Positions 1-12,864 of a stretch of 64,000 nt of DNA are shown here, piece after piece. The stretch lies in assembly GCF_009914755.1 (NCBI RefSeq), contig NC_060930.1. One strand, written 5' to 3'. Position 1 is the first letter of the stretch, and every line of letters begins with the position of its first letter. The notes under the pieces are model-generated. The model ran no database searches and had not been told where the DNA came from. It worked only from the letters and a program-made list of their open reading frames with translations. Made by a program: the position numbers and the translations under genes. Origin of the DNA: the human T2T-CHM13v2.0 reference genome, Homo sapiens.

Positions 1-19
1 ACCAGTGTTACCAGTGCTT

Positions 20-720
20 ATATTCCCTTCCTGGAAAATTATATGTTCATATAAGCAATATATATATACACAGATCCTTCCCTTATGGTAACATATGTTG
101 TGTACTTTTTGGACTTTGCTTTTTTTGTTTAACTTGACAGTTTGAAGATGCTTCTATCTGAGTCATGAATCTCTTCACCATTCTTTTATAGCAATACATA
201 GTATTCCATCTTAGGCCTGTTCTGTAATAATTTACGTTCTTCCCTATTGATTTGCACATACATGCATGTATACTTTCAAATCTTTTGCTATATGCTTTAC
301 TGAATAATCTTCTATACCAGTCATTTTTCACATGTGTGAGAATCTCTTGGACAATTTCCTAGAGTTAGAATTGTTGTATCAAAAAGAATTTTTTGATTGA
401 TTTTATGAAATTGCTAGAGGTTGTACCAATTTTCATTCTTCCTAGTGATGTATGCGTGTGTCTGTTTTCCTACAGCTTTACCAGCACAGTGTTGTCAAAC
501 TTTTTGATCTTTATCAGCCTGATAGGTGAAACATATCTTAGTGTAATTTTACTTTGTATGTCTCTTCTGCATGAGGTCGAGCATCTTTTCAAATATGTAA
601 AAGACAAAGGGTGTATGGCATTACATTTCCTTTCCTGGGACCTATTTGTAGCCTTGGTCCATTTTTTCAGTGGGTTATTTATTGATTTCTTTTTCTTTGG
701 ATTTTTAGAAGTTATGTATT
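20..720 (-). mobile_element. Old L1M (L1ME-like) fragment
   Basis: Degenerate antisense L1 motifs (tagtattccat, gttgtaccaattt..catt, tctta gtgtaatttt actttg). Confidence 0.6.
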
Positions 721-817
721 TGGTTAAATAGTCTTTATTTTTAAAATGGTAACTATTTACATCTTTAAATAGGGCTTTGGGATAAGGGACTAAAACTGCT
801 CTCATTTTGCATTTTAG

Positions 818-922
818 CATCAATCCTTTCCATATAACAAAAATGGATTCAAAGTTGGCATGAAATTAGAAGGCGTGGATCCCGAGCATCAGTCTGTGTA
901 CTGTGTCCTCACCGTCGCGGAG
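818..922 (+). CDS. L3MBTL3: L3MBTL3 coding exon A (105 nt, phase 0/0), MBT repeat 1: HQSFPYNKNGFKVGMKLEGVDPEHQSVYCVLTVAE
   Basis: Acceptor ttttag| at 816-817 and donor GAG|gtaagc. Contains the GFKVGMKLE MBT motif; the translation matches my recall of L3MBTL3. Confidence 0.96.
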
Positions 923-994
923 GTAAGCTTTGCCTCGTCCTTTATTTTTAAAATAAAATGGTGATTATGGGGATTTAAAATGAGGAAAAACTGC

Positions 995-1220
995 CATTGG
1001 TTGTATTTCATGCCAGGCATGGTGCTTACTGTTTTGTGTGCATTATTTCATTTAATCTTTGTAAGAATCCTGTGCATGTTGTGGTTTTTCTCAAGCTCTG
1101 TTGTGTAGGTTAGGGAACTGAGGCTCAGAGTGATGAAGTGATGGATACAAGACCACACAGCTTCAAAGTGGTAGAACCCGGATTTGAACCAGTGTCTGTC
1201 TGATGCCATAGCCCTTGCCA
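995..1220 (-). mobile_element. MIR
   Basis: gccaggcatggtgct...atttcatttaatc...aactgaggctcagag...ggatttgaacc. Confidence 0.8.
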
Positions 1221-1590
1221 TAAGGAATAGACCAACAGATACTTGTGTGTGTTGTTTTTTTTTTAGTATTTCAAGGTATCTCTGTGAAATTTTTCAGGAA
1301 AAAAATGACCAAGCCAAATATATGAATATATATCTCAGTCTAATATATTACTGAGAGTACTTTAAAAACTGTGACCACACAGCTTCAAAGTGGTCGAACC
1401 AGGATTTGAACCCATGTCTGTCTGATTCTATAGGCTTTGCCATACTGTGTTCCTTAACATAAGGAACAGACCAACAGATACTTATTTTTTTTTTTTTAGT
1501 ATTTTAAGGTATCTGTATAAAATTTTTCAGGAAAAAATGACCAAGTCAATTATACATACATATATTACTGAGAGTACTTTAAAAAATGTG
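1151..1590. repeat. Diverged tandem duplication, two copies of ~220 bp (1151-1372 and 1373-1590)
   Basis: Both copies run gaccacacagcttcaaagtggt...gaccaacagatactt...tttttcaggaaaaaa...ttactgagagtactttaaaaa. Confidence 0.92.
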
Positions 1591-1838
1591 TTTCCTCCTA
1601 TGCTAGCCTTCTCCTTGCTCCCTCCCTTGAGCCAGAGGTATATCTATTTTAAAAATTCCTCCCAAAAGAATAAAATAGTCTTGTGTACTAGTTTGAGGTA
1701 TTATACTATTCTTTAATTACCTTGTGAACTTGTAAGAAAGTTGGCTTCTGCAGAACACAGTACCATGTGCTGGATAATGACAGCCTCAGTCAATGATAAC
1801 ATACGGTTACATAGGGCATACTATGTGCCAGCGGCTAA

Positions 1839-2160
<322 letters not shown>

Positions 2161-3167
2161 CATCTGTTAGCTTTTATTAGTTCTCAAAACAACCTTTTGA
2201 GGCAGAACCCTTTCCCTCCCATTTTTCAGATGAGAAACCTGAGGGCATTGAGTGTTAAAGGAACTTGTAGCTTGTAATAATGTAATATGTAGTGAAAGGA
2301 AATAACTGGATTCTCTTACTCATATCAGAAAACTGTTGTGGAACATTTGTGTAGATTTTATTTACAGTGAGAATACTGACACTCTCAAACTTGATCAGAC
2401 ATTGTATGTTCTCTCCTTCCTGGACTCAAGTTTTTGTTAGACCCTTTTGAGTTGGAAGAGGAGGGTCAGAGTTTCTTGGTGGATGATTTGTGTTTGTCCT
2501 TTGAAGTGGATGATATTGCCCAGCAAGAGCACAAGGCGTGAGTTGCTAGCCCTGAAGAATACCATCATCTAAGAGGTGGGTGCAGGAGAAAGAATAGAGC
2601 AGGATCCTGAAAAGGAACAGCGAGAGACAGAGAAAGGAACCAGGAGAGGGGCCTGCAGTAGGAACCAGGGAGAGCAGGCAGTTTAAGTGGGGAAGAAGCA
2701 GCAGTGTCAGATGCTGTGGTTGTTCTCAAGGAGCATGAGGGAATTGTGTCTTGCGCCATGGCAACTGGAGTGTTTGGGGACAGAATTGAGTTTTACAAAA
2801 TCATTGTGAGGAAGCCGTAAGTATAGACTGCTTTTGAGAAGTTTAGCTATAGAAGAGAAAGGGAATTTTTATGATATGTGTCTGTTTTTCAGCTTTTGGT
2901 TTTTGCAGATTTATTTTACCTTCCCTATTTTTTATTATAAAAGTAATGTTTGCTCATTATGAAAACTTCAACTATTAATAGTGTAAGAGTGCATATTAAT
3001 AAAAGTCCTGTTTCAGATCCCCCTTCCTTCCTCCCATATTCCATATCCCAGAGAGCATGACCCTTAACAGTTGACTGTGTGCCTTCCAGATGTTTTCTCT
3101 GTGTATAAAAATATGTACTGCATTTTGTTTTTGACACACAGACAAACACACGCGCGCACACACACAC

Positions 3168-3474
<307 letters not shown>

Positions 3475-3721
3475 ATACATATTCTTTAACCATTGGGTAG
3501 TTCTCCATTTTATAGAATTGACTTTAATTCATTTAACTGCTCTCATATTGAACAACTGAGTGATCTTCATTTTTTCATTATTCAAAAAAAAAAAAAGGTC
3601 CAGTGAGCATCCTCTTACCTCTGTAAGTAGGTCTAGGATCTATCTCTAGAATTGCAAGGTGAAAAGTATGGACATATAAATTACATCTAAATTTTTGATG
3701 CTTATTGCTCCTTTTCATATT

Positions 3722-3800
3722 AATTTTCTCTTTTTTCTCTCCCTCCCTCCCTCCTTCCCTTCTTGCCTTTCTTTTTTTTTTTTTTTTCTGTTTTTTTTCG
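3722..3800. repeat. CT/T-rich low-complexity tract
   Basis: (CCCT)n and poly-T directly visible. Confidence 0.85.
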
Positions 3801-4235
3801 CCCCTTTGCAATGCAATGGTAAGATAACATAGTATTTGAATTCTGAAGAAGCCACTAGGGAGTAGAGTATTGGAAGATTCAGAGAAGAGGCCTGGGAGAA
3901 GATGGGACCCAGAGTATATGTGGAGATCCAAGTCTTAGGCAGAAGGAGGAGTCTCTTGCATTACAACAGGAAGGCGGAGCAGGAAGAAGTAGGGCTCGTG
4001 GATACAGAGAGGCTTGTCTGTTTGGAGGCACACATTTGGGAAACCTTCTTTGGGTTAGAAGGCAAATTACTGGCTGAGAGTGAGGATGGAGAAAGTGGGA
4101 TTAGAAGCTGAAGGAGGAGGAGGGGGATTTGAAAAGACCACAGTGAAGAATGGGAGAGGGAGTTGGACAGGACCATCTAGGAGAATTGCTAGGCAGTGGC
4201 AAAGCCCAGCATTCAGGTGGAGTTGATTTTTGTTG

Positions 4236-4855
4236 GTCCATTTTCATTATTCGCAGTAGTTACGCTCCACAAATTACCTTGTGTGGAACCATTGCTCTTA
4301 GGGGAAATAGAGGGTTAGCTTCCTGTGAGCCTCTGGTCACATTTTTGACTACTGATCAGTGTGTAACCTTGTTTTATGTGTGTTTCTGTTTAAAGACACC
4401 TCATTTAATGTATATCGTTCATTCATTAAAAATTGAACTCACAAGTAAGAGCACTATCACTCCTGCCTGATGAAGCTTATCTAGCACAAGTATCTTCTCT
4501 GTAAGGCAACATCACAACCTTTTGGCACTTAGGGACACTAAACAACACCTCAGCACTATGTCAGGGGCCATTTTAAACAGTAACATCACCCAAGAAAAGC
4601 ACAAAAATGTAGAATATGTGGCACTAAATGGACCACACAAAAGACACTTATTCCCAGTACGAGAACTGAAACAGGAAGGTAAAGCTCCTTCTTGATTGAC
4701 TTCAGCTGGGAACATGCATGTTGAGTGACTCAAAAGTGTTGGCAGTCTGTGCATGTCCACGAACACTGCGAGTATTATTTTGGGGTTACAAATAAATTGT
4801 AGCAAGTAGATGACTTCACAAACGTGGAATACAGTATGTGAATAATGAAGACTGG
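4236..4855 (-). mobile_element. MER82 (TcMar-Tigger) DNA transposon fossil, near full length, within purine-rich L2-like sequence
   Basis: Degenerate TIRs ttcattattcgc / gtgaataatgaa. Internal gagcctctggtcaca, tcagctgggaac and tttggggttacaaataaatt match the recalled MER82 consensus. Confidence 0.8.
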
Positions 4856-6054
4856 CGGTATGTCATTTTTTCCTTCCCATCACCATTTACTAGACTTGGT
4901 TAGGTGGAGACAAGATGGATACCTGAAATGATAGAATGTCACCAGGCAAATATTTTGCAAAGGATATCAGGGCAGAAATTTTAAAATGTTGGCAAGAAAA
5001 TGTTTTTTAAATGATTGCTAGGAAAGGAAGGCTTGGGGTGAGGAGAGCTGCTAGGGAGGAAGTAAAAGGATCAGTGTGAGACTAGAGTTTCTGTTGAGAT
5101 TGAGGAAGAGGCATCTGGGGGTAACTGGGTTTGCAGACTGGAATAGGAGTATGTGTCCCAGGGTTGGATTTTTAAATTTAATACTAAGAAGCAGAGCAGT
5201 TCTTGTTGGGGACTAGATTCATGGGAGTGAGGGCTTGAAGTAGAGAGGAAGGGAGTCAAAATGCCAGGGTATTGGATAAGTCATCCATATGGATGACGAA
5301 AGTACTCAGATGGAAAGGAAGAGAATAAGCCAGGGCTAAGTGTTTGGGTGGTTAGCATGGGGGAAGAAGAGGAGGAGAGTTGCTTCAGCCATATGGCTCG
5401 AGCCTCGGCAGGGGAGAACTGGCCTAGGATCCATGGTGTGGTGGGAGGCAGCAACCCGTCCTGTGTCTATGGGAGGTAGAGTTGGGAACATGAGCACCCT
5501 TGGGGAAAGGCTTGAGAAGGACGAGCTAGGTATGACTGTGGGCAAGGAGGGTGAGGATGTAGGAGATTGTTTCTCAAAGCATAGCTTTCCGGTGAGCCTG
5601 AGATAGAGACTATGGGGAGAACAGAGAGAGCTTGGCTCAAGGGAGCAGAAGCTCAGAACGGTGTGCCCACAAGGAACTAGAGGCTGTAAATTACTATAGG
5701 GCTGAGCTCTTAGGATCGGCCAGATATAGCTGACTGTGAGAGAGAGGAGAGAAGCAGCCTTCTTTGCATGGGGTGGCTGTAGGGAGTGGGGGTAGCTCCT
5801 GCTTTACCTGAGAGATTGTATTTCCCAGGGATTCCAGTCTCAGCTGTATGGACTCTGTTCTCTCTGGGGGGAGTCAGCTTAGTTGTAAATTTGATGTATG
5901 TGGTATATCAATACATTCTAATTGAAAAAATGCTGATACATAAAAGAAAATATGAAAAGTCCATCATTCCCATTTTGCCCCTTCCTTTTCACTACCACTT
6001 CCTAGAAGAAATCATTATTAACATTTTGGCAAATATACCTCCGGACTTCTTTTT

Positions 6055-6175
6055 ACTATGTGTTTACATATGTATGCATATGTGTGTATATTAATGTATG
6101 TATATAAATGCATATACTTATGTATATACACATAATACACATATGTATACATAATCATATACCCATAAATACATG
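6055..6175. repeat. TA/TG/CA-rich low-complexity tract
   Basis: Degenerate alternating purine-pyrimidine sequence. Confidence 0.8.
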
Positions 6176-7061
6176 TGGACCCCCACATGTCTAATTTTCT
6201 CATAAACTTAACTCATTCTGTGTTATGTGTTCTACCACTTGAATTTTAACTATATGTTTTAGAGAACTTTCCATGACAGTAACTGTACAGCTACCTCACT
6301 ATTTGAGGATTAATTGCCCTGGCTCTGCACTCTGGTCTAAGTTCATCATTCAGGGTTCTGCAGGACAGACACTCCTGGAGCGGGTAGAGGTCTGGCGTGA
6401 TACGTGTTTCTACTTGAACACATCTTCTTGTGTTAGTGGGAAGAAGTCTCAGGGGCTGAACCCTCTCTCTAAGAATCCAGGGCAGGGTATGATCCAACTC
6501 AGGTCTCGTAAGCCTATATGACCTTCTAAATCAGAATGTCTCTAAGTGGGGCCCTGTAGGCATATGTATGGCATGTGTTATACAGAGTACATTCTTACTA
6601 GCATGCTTAGGAGCCTGTCTCATCCAAGTAATAAACTAGGAGAGACGCTTTTCTTTCTTTCTTCCAACCCAGCTTTGGTGGAGAAAAAAAGCTTGACTTC
6701 TGTGCATATGCACCAGCTGTGGTCTGCAGCCTTCAGTGCAGGGCAGACTGTCCACTCTGGGGCCATGCTAGAGCTGAGTGTGCTGTGCTGGTGTGCCTTC
6801 CAGCTTACCCTGGGGACACATCTTGGTACAACATAGGGAGTGGAGAAAGGACCTGCAATTGTGGGATATTATGCTTTGCCCCCTATCCGTGTGGTTGTAA
6901 TGTAACTGAGAATGTTGCCAGAATGCCACAGCTCAGCTCTTCCCACTTTAATAGCTTTTGTCTTTAGATTCTGGTTATTTGTTTAGTTGTTTTATTACTG
7001 TTAATGTGGGTGGTTTGATTAACATTAAGACTATATCATGCCTGGTGTCCATGTTTATTTT

Positions 7062-7065
<4 letters not shown>

Positions 7066-7096
<31 letters not shown>
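7066..7096. repeat. (TA)15 microsatellite
   Basis: Perfect repeat ending 49 nt upstream of exon B. Confidence 0.95.
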
Positions 7097-7099
<3 letters not shown>

Positions 7100-7145
7100 T
7101 ATTCTGAGTTAAAAAAAATAATTCAACCTATTTTACCTGTTTCAG

Positions 7146-7281
7146 GTTTGTGGATACCGGATAAAGCTTCACTTTGATGGGTATTCTGATTGCTATGACT
7201 TCTGGGTGAATGCAGACGCTCTGGATATCCACCCAGTTGGGTGGTGTGAGAAAACCGGCCACAAACTCCATCCTCCAAAAG
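7146..7281 (+). CDS. L3MBTL3: L3MBTL3 exon B (136 nt, phase 0/1), MBT1 core: VCGYRIKLHFDGYSDCYDFWVNADALDIHPVGWCEKTGHKLHPPK-G
   Basis: Acceptor tttcag| and donor AAG|gttttg. Contains the HFDG..YDFW and IHPVGWC MBT motifs; in frame with exons A and C. Confidence 0.96.
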
Positions 7282-7581
7282 GTTTTGTCACTTTTTGTTT
7301 GATATTTTAAATTCAGTAAAAACTCATTTTCTTACATGCTACATTAGAATTGTTAAGAATTCAGACTTTATGAAAATTCAGATAGGCACAAATTTAACCT
7401 TATTGTTTATGATGAAACCACGTTTATTAAAGTTAAAGAAATAAAAGCAGAATCCAGCCTAGGAAAATAAAGTATGTTCATATGCTTATTTTCATGTAAA
7501 ATAACATTTGCATGATACTCAACTTTGACTACAAATAATGTTTACCTGCAAATTTCTATTATTAAATACATACATCTTTGA

Positions 7582-7670
7582 AAAAACTGATTTGAAAAAT
7601 TAGTTTAAATTAGTTTATATAACTAAGTTTAGTGTTAACTGGTTTAAACTAATTTTTCAAATCAGTTTTT
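7582..7670. repeat. Perfect 28-bp inverted repeat with 33-nt spacer
   Basis: aaaaactgatttgaaaaattagtttaaa (7582-7609) is the exact reverse complement of 7643-7670. Confidence 0.95.
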
Positions 7671-7835
7671 CATTATATAGAAAATCCTGAGAAATTATGC
7701 TTGACCGTATAGATCTTAATATTTAGGAGATTGGCAAGAAGACTGTAACACTAAAAATTGGCTTAGGTGGGGGGTTGAACTCATAGCAATTACTTTTCTT
7801 ATATTTGAGTACTTTATATTATAGTCCCCCAGTGA

Positions 7836-8249
<414 letters not shown>

Positions 8250-9122
8250 TGATTTTTGTTTATGTCAAAAATTCAGGTTACTGGGTTGATATTTTTGGCC
8301 TGTCTCAGGGCTTTAATGCATTAGCCATCCCTTTGTTTTAAGTGAAAAAATAATGGCAGAGTGGTATTTTCAGATAGCTGAAGGATTCAACAAAATAGCA
8401 TAGAAAAAGTGAGGGTGAAAAAGAAAATCTGTAAGCCTTTTCACGAATTGATCTCTTATATATGGTAAATTATTAGCTGGTTTTTTCATGCTGCTTTCTG
8501 GACTTTAATGAATGTAAAATAAAGCATATTCGCAGATAAAATAAGATGCTCAATTTCCTTTTTAAAGGAAATGTTAACTTCAATGAAATTGTAAAAATTA
8601 AGGGGAGGACATTTCCCTTATTGTAATTTGCCAGCATCCTTACTTCATAAACCTTAAATTGTCCTTCTTGAAGTGATAGGCCAAAAAGATTTTACCTGTT
8701 TCATTTCTATTATTTCCACCTTTCCACTTGTTCCTATAAGTTAGTCTTCCCAAAATAGACTAGGTGAGAGAAAAATAAAGAATTTTGACTATTGTAGTTC
8801 AGTATCTATACCGCTGAGGAATTCTACCTAAATACTGGTACAAATACCCTGATAATAAATGTCCTGGGTATAATACATATTTGTTTCCTTATTCCTTTTC
8901 TTTATATCCATTACCATTCATTCAGAATTGGAAAATAATAATACAGTTTGTTGAAAATAAACATAGTCTAAATATGCATAGTTATGAATTATGAGTTAAA
9001 TTTTGTTTATTTAAAAAGTCATTTGATTGATTTTGGCATGTTAGAGATAAAAGTGGGACTGGAAAACTAAGTGTAAAATATTGTGGTATTTGAATCAATC
9101 TGTTCATATGTGCTTACTCTAG

Positions 9123-9214
9123 GGTATAAAGAAGAAGAATTCAATTGGCAGACCTATCTTAAGACATGTAAAGCTCAAGCTGCTCCTAAGTCATTATTTG
9201 AAAATCAGAATATA
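9123..9214 (+). CDS. L3MBTL3: L3MBTL3 exon C (92 nt, phase 1/0), MBT2 N-terminal arm: GYKEEEFNWQTYLKTCKAQAAPKSLFENQNI
   Basis: Acceptor ctctag| and donor ATA|gtaagt. Contains the FxWxxYL...AP..LF MBT arm motif. Confidence 0.96.
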
Positions 9215-10884
9215 GTAAGTACATACGAAACACGTTTTCTTTCAAAGGAAGAAGTTTTTTGAGTGTCTCATAGGATCAATTACAAGTGATAACAAGGAAC
9301 TATAATAAATTTTATCGCCTTGGTAAATAGAGTACTCTTATCTTAATTAAAGTTTAAAATTAGCTTAAAATCTTCATGAACAAATATGTTTTATAGCCAT
9401 ATTATGGTTGTCTCTTTTATTGCATAGTAGAAGACAAGATAGTACAAGATTCAGGTGAGATTTACAATTAAGATGCATAAAAAATTAAATTGGCTGAGAT
9501 ATTTTATTGTTATTATCACTTATATGGGAGTGCTGTTCAAATGGGATTCACATAGCCAGATGAAGGTAGCCCTGTTTCAGTTTACATGTAGGAGGTCACT
9601 GGAGACTGTGACATATCTTCACTCTAGCTTATAGCTTTGTTTACAGTAAACAAAAACAAAATCTGGATGTGCGTGTCTTTTCTACTTGACCGGTATTCCT
9701 GCTTTCCATAACATGTTCCTCCATTGGCCGACTTGATCCATGACATTTTTCTTTTCCCAAGTTCTGATCTAATTGGAAAGAATAAAGGGCAAGCCAGTGG
9801 AAAACCAAAATGCCATCTTTACAGATGGTCAGAGCTGAGTTGGAGGACGTGCATGGCTTGTATCTGCAGACAAATAAGCTTGATTCTGAGCCCTAGAATG
9901 GAAGAGATTTAATTCGCCTTTCACGCCCATCCCCCAAGCCTGGAGAACACTAGACCCTTGAGGAGCAGAGTGGAAACTGTGCACCCTGCAGCCCAGCTTT
10001 CTCTCTAGTATGATCAGTTCCTCCTTTCCAGAGTCACCAGGCTGGTAGCAGTGAGTGAGACAGTGGGGAGAAGCAGTAATGTTTCACTAACAGCATTCCC
10101 TTCAAATGGAAATAAATAAATATCAAGAGCAGGAGAAACCTCCTCACTCCAAAAATCCTTCATTTGGGAAACAGTGTTAACCAGTTGGTTTGAGAGCATC
10201 AATCTAATGGCTGAAATGTTTTCTGATTTAATCAAACACAAACCAGGTTGGATTACAGAACTGACACATTGTGTTTGTGTGCATGCGTATGTGTGTTTAG
10301 GTTAGTAATAGTGTTAATGGGCCAGCTTATTATTTTAAAACATCTTAATTGAGAGGATAGTGTAATTGCCAAAGTGTAACAGTGCATTGTCAGTTGGTAT
10401 TCTCTGTCAAAACTTATCCCAGGGAGGAAGGTCAGTTGGGTGGAAAACTTAGCAGCCTGCTGTCTCTGCTCCAAGTTTCCTAATCCCTGTCTGGTTCTCT
10501 GATGATGACTTCAGTCAGGGATTTGATTAACTGCCTTGAACGGTCTTCCTAAATTCTATGCATTGCCAGCATACAACTTAATCTTGGGCTCTCCATTTCG
10601 TATCTAAGAGACAATTAATTTTTCCATTTCTAGATTACCTCAGAATACTCAAACATTTATGATCAGAACTCGGATAAATTTCAGTACTTAAATGCATAGT
10701 AAAGATTTCTGTATAGCATTAGTGCCTGTTCTATCCATTCAGACACAACTTATTCTAACATTTTCAGATACACGGCTGTCTACATTTTTGCAATGATAGT
10801 TGTATAATTATAGTAAAATGAGAGATAGCATTTATTTTGCCTAAAGTAGTTAGAATAATATCTGTATAATTGAGTCTAACAGAG

Positions 10885-10929
10885 GTTTTTGTTTGTTTTT
10901 TGTTTTTTGTTTTGTTTTGTTTTGTTTTT
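10885..10929. repeat. (TTTTG)n simple repeat
   Basis: Directly visible. Confidence 0.85.
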
Positions 10930-11769
10930 AGGGAAGGAATGACTTGTAGTGTGTTGTGATTTGCATAATTGGTATCTAGATATACTAGTCTATAATATGT
11001 AGAGATAGATAGATTAAGATATTATTCCTCACAAAAGATTGTAAGAGATTTTATATATTACTGTACCTTAAGCACTAACTCTTACAGAACTTTCATTGTT
11101 TTTGTTCCATGTTCTGAATGACTGGTTATCTGTGGATTTCTTTAAGTTACCAACTATTTTGAATAGCTTTGTACATCAACAGCCAATTCTTTTGCTGCTA
11201 TTAGGAATAAAATATATCTGTAGTGTTGAGTAAAAGTTGTAATAATTTGCAGCCTTTCATATATGAAGATGACCTACTTTCGAGAGTACTCTTTTGAGAG
11301 ATATTTTCGGAAGTGGGAGTGAATTTGTACTGACTCATGCACATTTTTAACTTGATTAAGTGCATATTTTGTGTGAATAATTTTCATTGTTAAGTCTGTA
11401 ATCAAGAAAAGAAGGATAAAATGTGAACTATATGGTGAATAAAACTTGCCTACCTATTACAGTTTTCTAATTAAGGCATCAAAACACATGTTAAAATTAA
11501 TTATTTTAAATTCTGTGAGGTGATGGATATTTTCGTTTTGAGGCCCAGATAGCTAATTGGGTGTAACAGTAGGACCTTTTTTTTTTTTTTTTTTTTTTTT
11601 TTTGCGGCTTGTTGGAAAGCGACCCTGCTGTGAAACTGGCATATGATTTTTAAATTATGTGAATACAGCAGTGGATGCTGGGCCTTTGAGCAGGAGGTGC
11701 AGAGAGTGTGCAGTTCTTGTGGTTGTCAAGTGTGTGCTTATCTCTAATTAAATCTGTGTGTTTCCATAG

Positions 11770-11921
11770 ACAGTGATCCCATCGGGCTTTCGAGTTGGTA
11801 TGAAGCTTGAGGCAGTAGACAAAAAGAATCCCTCATTCATCTGTGTTGCTACGGTAACAGATATGGTGGACAATCGTTTCCTGGTACATTTTGACAACTG
11901 GGATGAGAGCTATGACTATTG
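11770..11921 (+). CDS. L3MBTL3: L3MBTL3 exon D (152 nt, phase 0/2), MBT2 core including methyl-lysine cage residues: TVIPSGFRVGMKLEAVDKKNPSFICVATVTDMVDNRFLVHFDNWDESYDY-W
   Basis: Acceptor ccatag| and donor TTG|gtgaga. The LEAVD...HFDNW...YDYW pattern is the Asp plus aromatic cage of the MBT2 pocket in L3MBTL proteins. Confidence 0.96.
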
Positions 11922-12864
11922 GTGAGACATTTTCTGTTGTGTGCTTTTAAAAATTTAATATTTATCCAAGTAAATGGTTTGAAAACAGTAATAGTGCAAC
12001 GCTTATAACAAAAAAAAGCAGTGTTCTGCCCCACTTTTTCCTGTTACAGATTTTTAATTTTTTACCTGTTCCATATGGGATATATTTTAAATAACATCCT
12101 TTAATTTTGCTTTGTGATTGGTATTTTAGTTGACTTCCTACTATGGAAGTGCAGTCTGCACACTCCACATTCCCAACATATGTTCACACGTATTTTAATC
12201 TTCCCTTCTTATTTTCATGCCCACCAGCTAATTTAAACATTCGTAATAGCTGACTACAAAATATATTGAAGAATATTATTTTTAATCCTTGCAGTTTTTA
12301 GATATCCTGCACAAAGTTGTAAAAGCAACATATTTTACAATTATATAATTATAAAATAATTATAATAAAGCCATTATATTTTGATTAAACAGTTGAAATA
12401 AGGATTTTTCGTACCAAATTCATGTTCATTGATTGCTGTAATTCAGTTTCCTGGTAAAAGGCATTTCTAAAGTGTTTAGTTCCTTCTAGAGTACACTTGA
12501 ATTGAGAATATTTTAGAGAAGTAACAGATATCTTTATAAAATACAACTTGTGTTATAGGATAAGTGAATATTAACTTATATAAATATTGCTAAATATCAA
12601 GGAGGTTTGTTTTTTGACCTAATTTTTTAGTATCCATATATTTAAACATTCAGTAGACACATTGATAATTTCCATTACTTCTCAGATGGGATTCTTAGAT
12701 ACTCATTAGTTTTACTTGCATTGTTTAAAAAAGAAGAGATGTTGAAATTCATTTGCTATTCATATTTTTAAAATGCTTTCTATTATATGTTACCTACGCT
12801 TTTTGCAGAATTTTTAAAAAATGTAGACAGTTAGTTCCATGATTAGATTACACAGACCCAAGTA

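Noticed and set aside
12331-12358. 13/14 palindrome tattttacaattat/ataattataaaata
   Set aside because: Almost pure A/T, so it can easily arise by chance.
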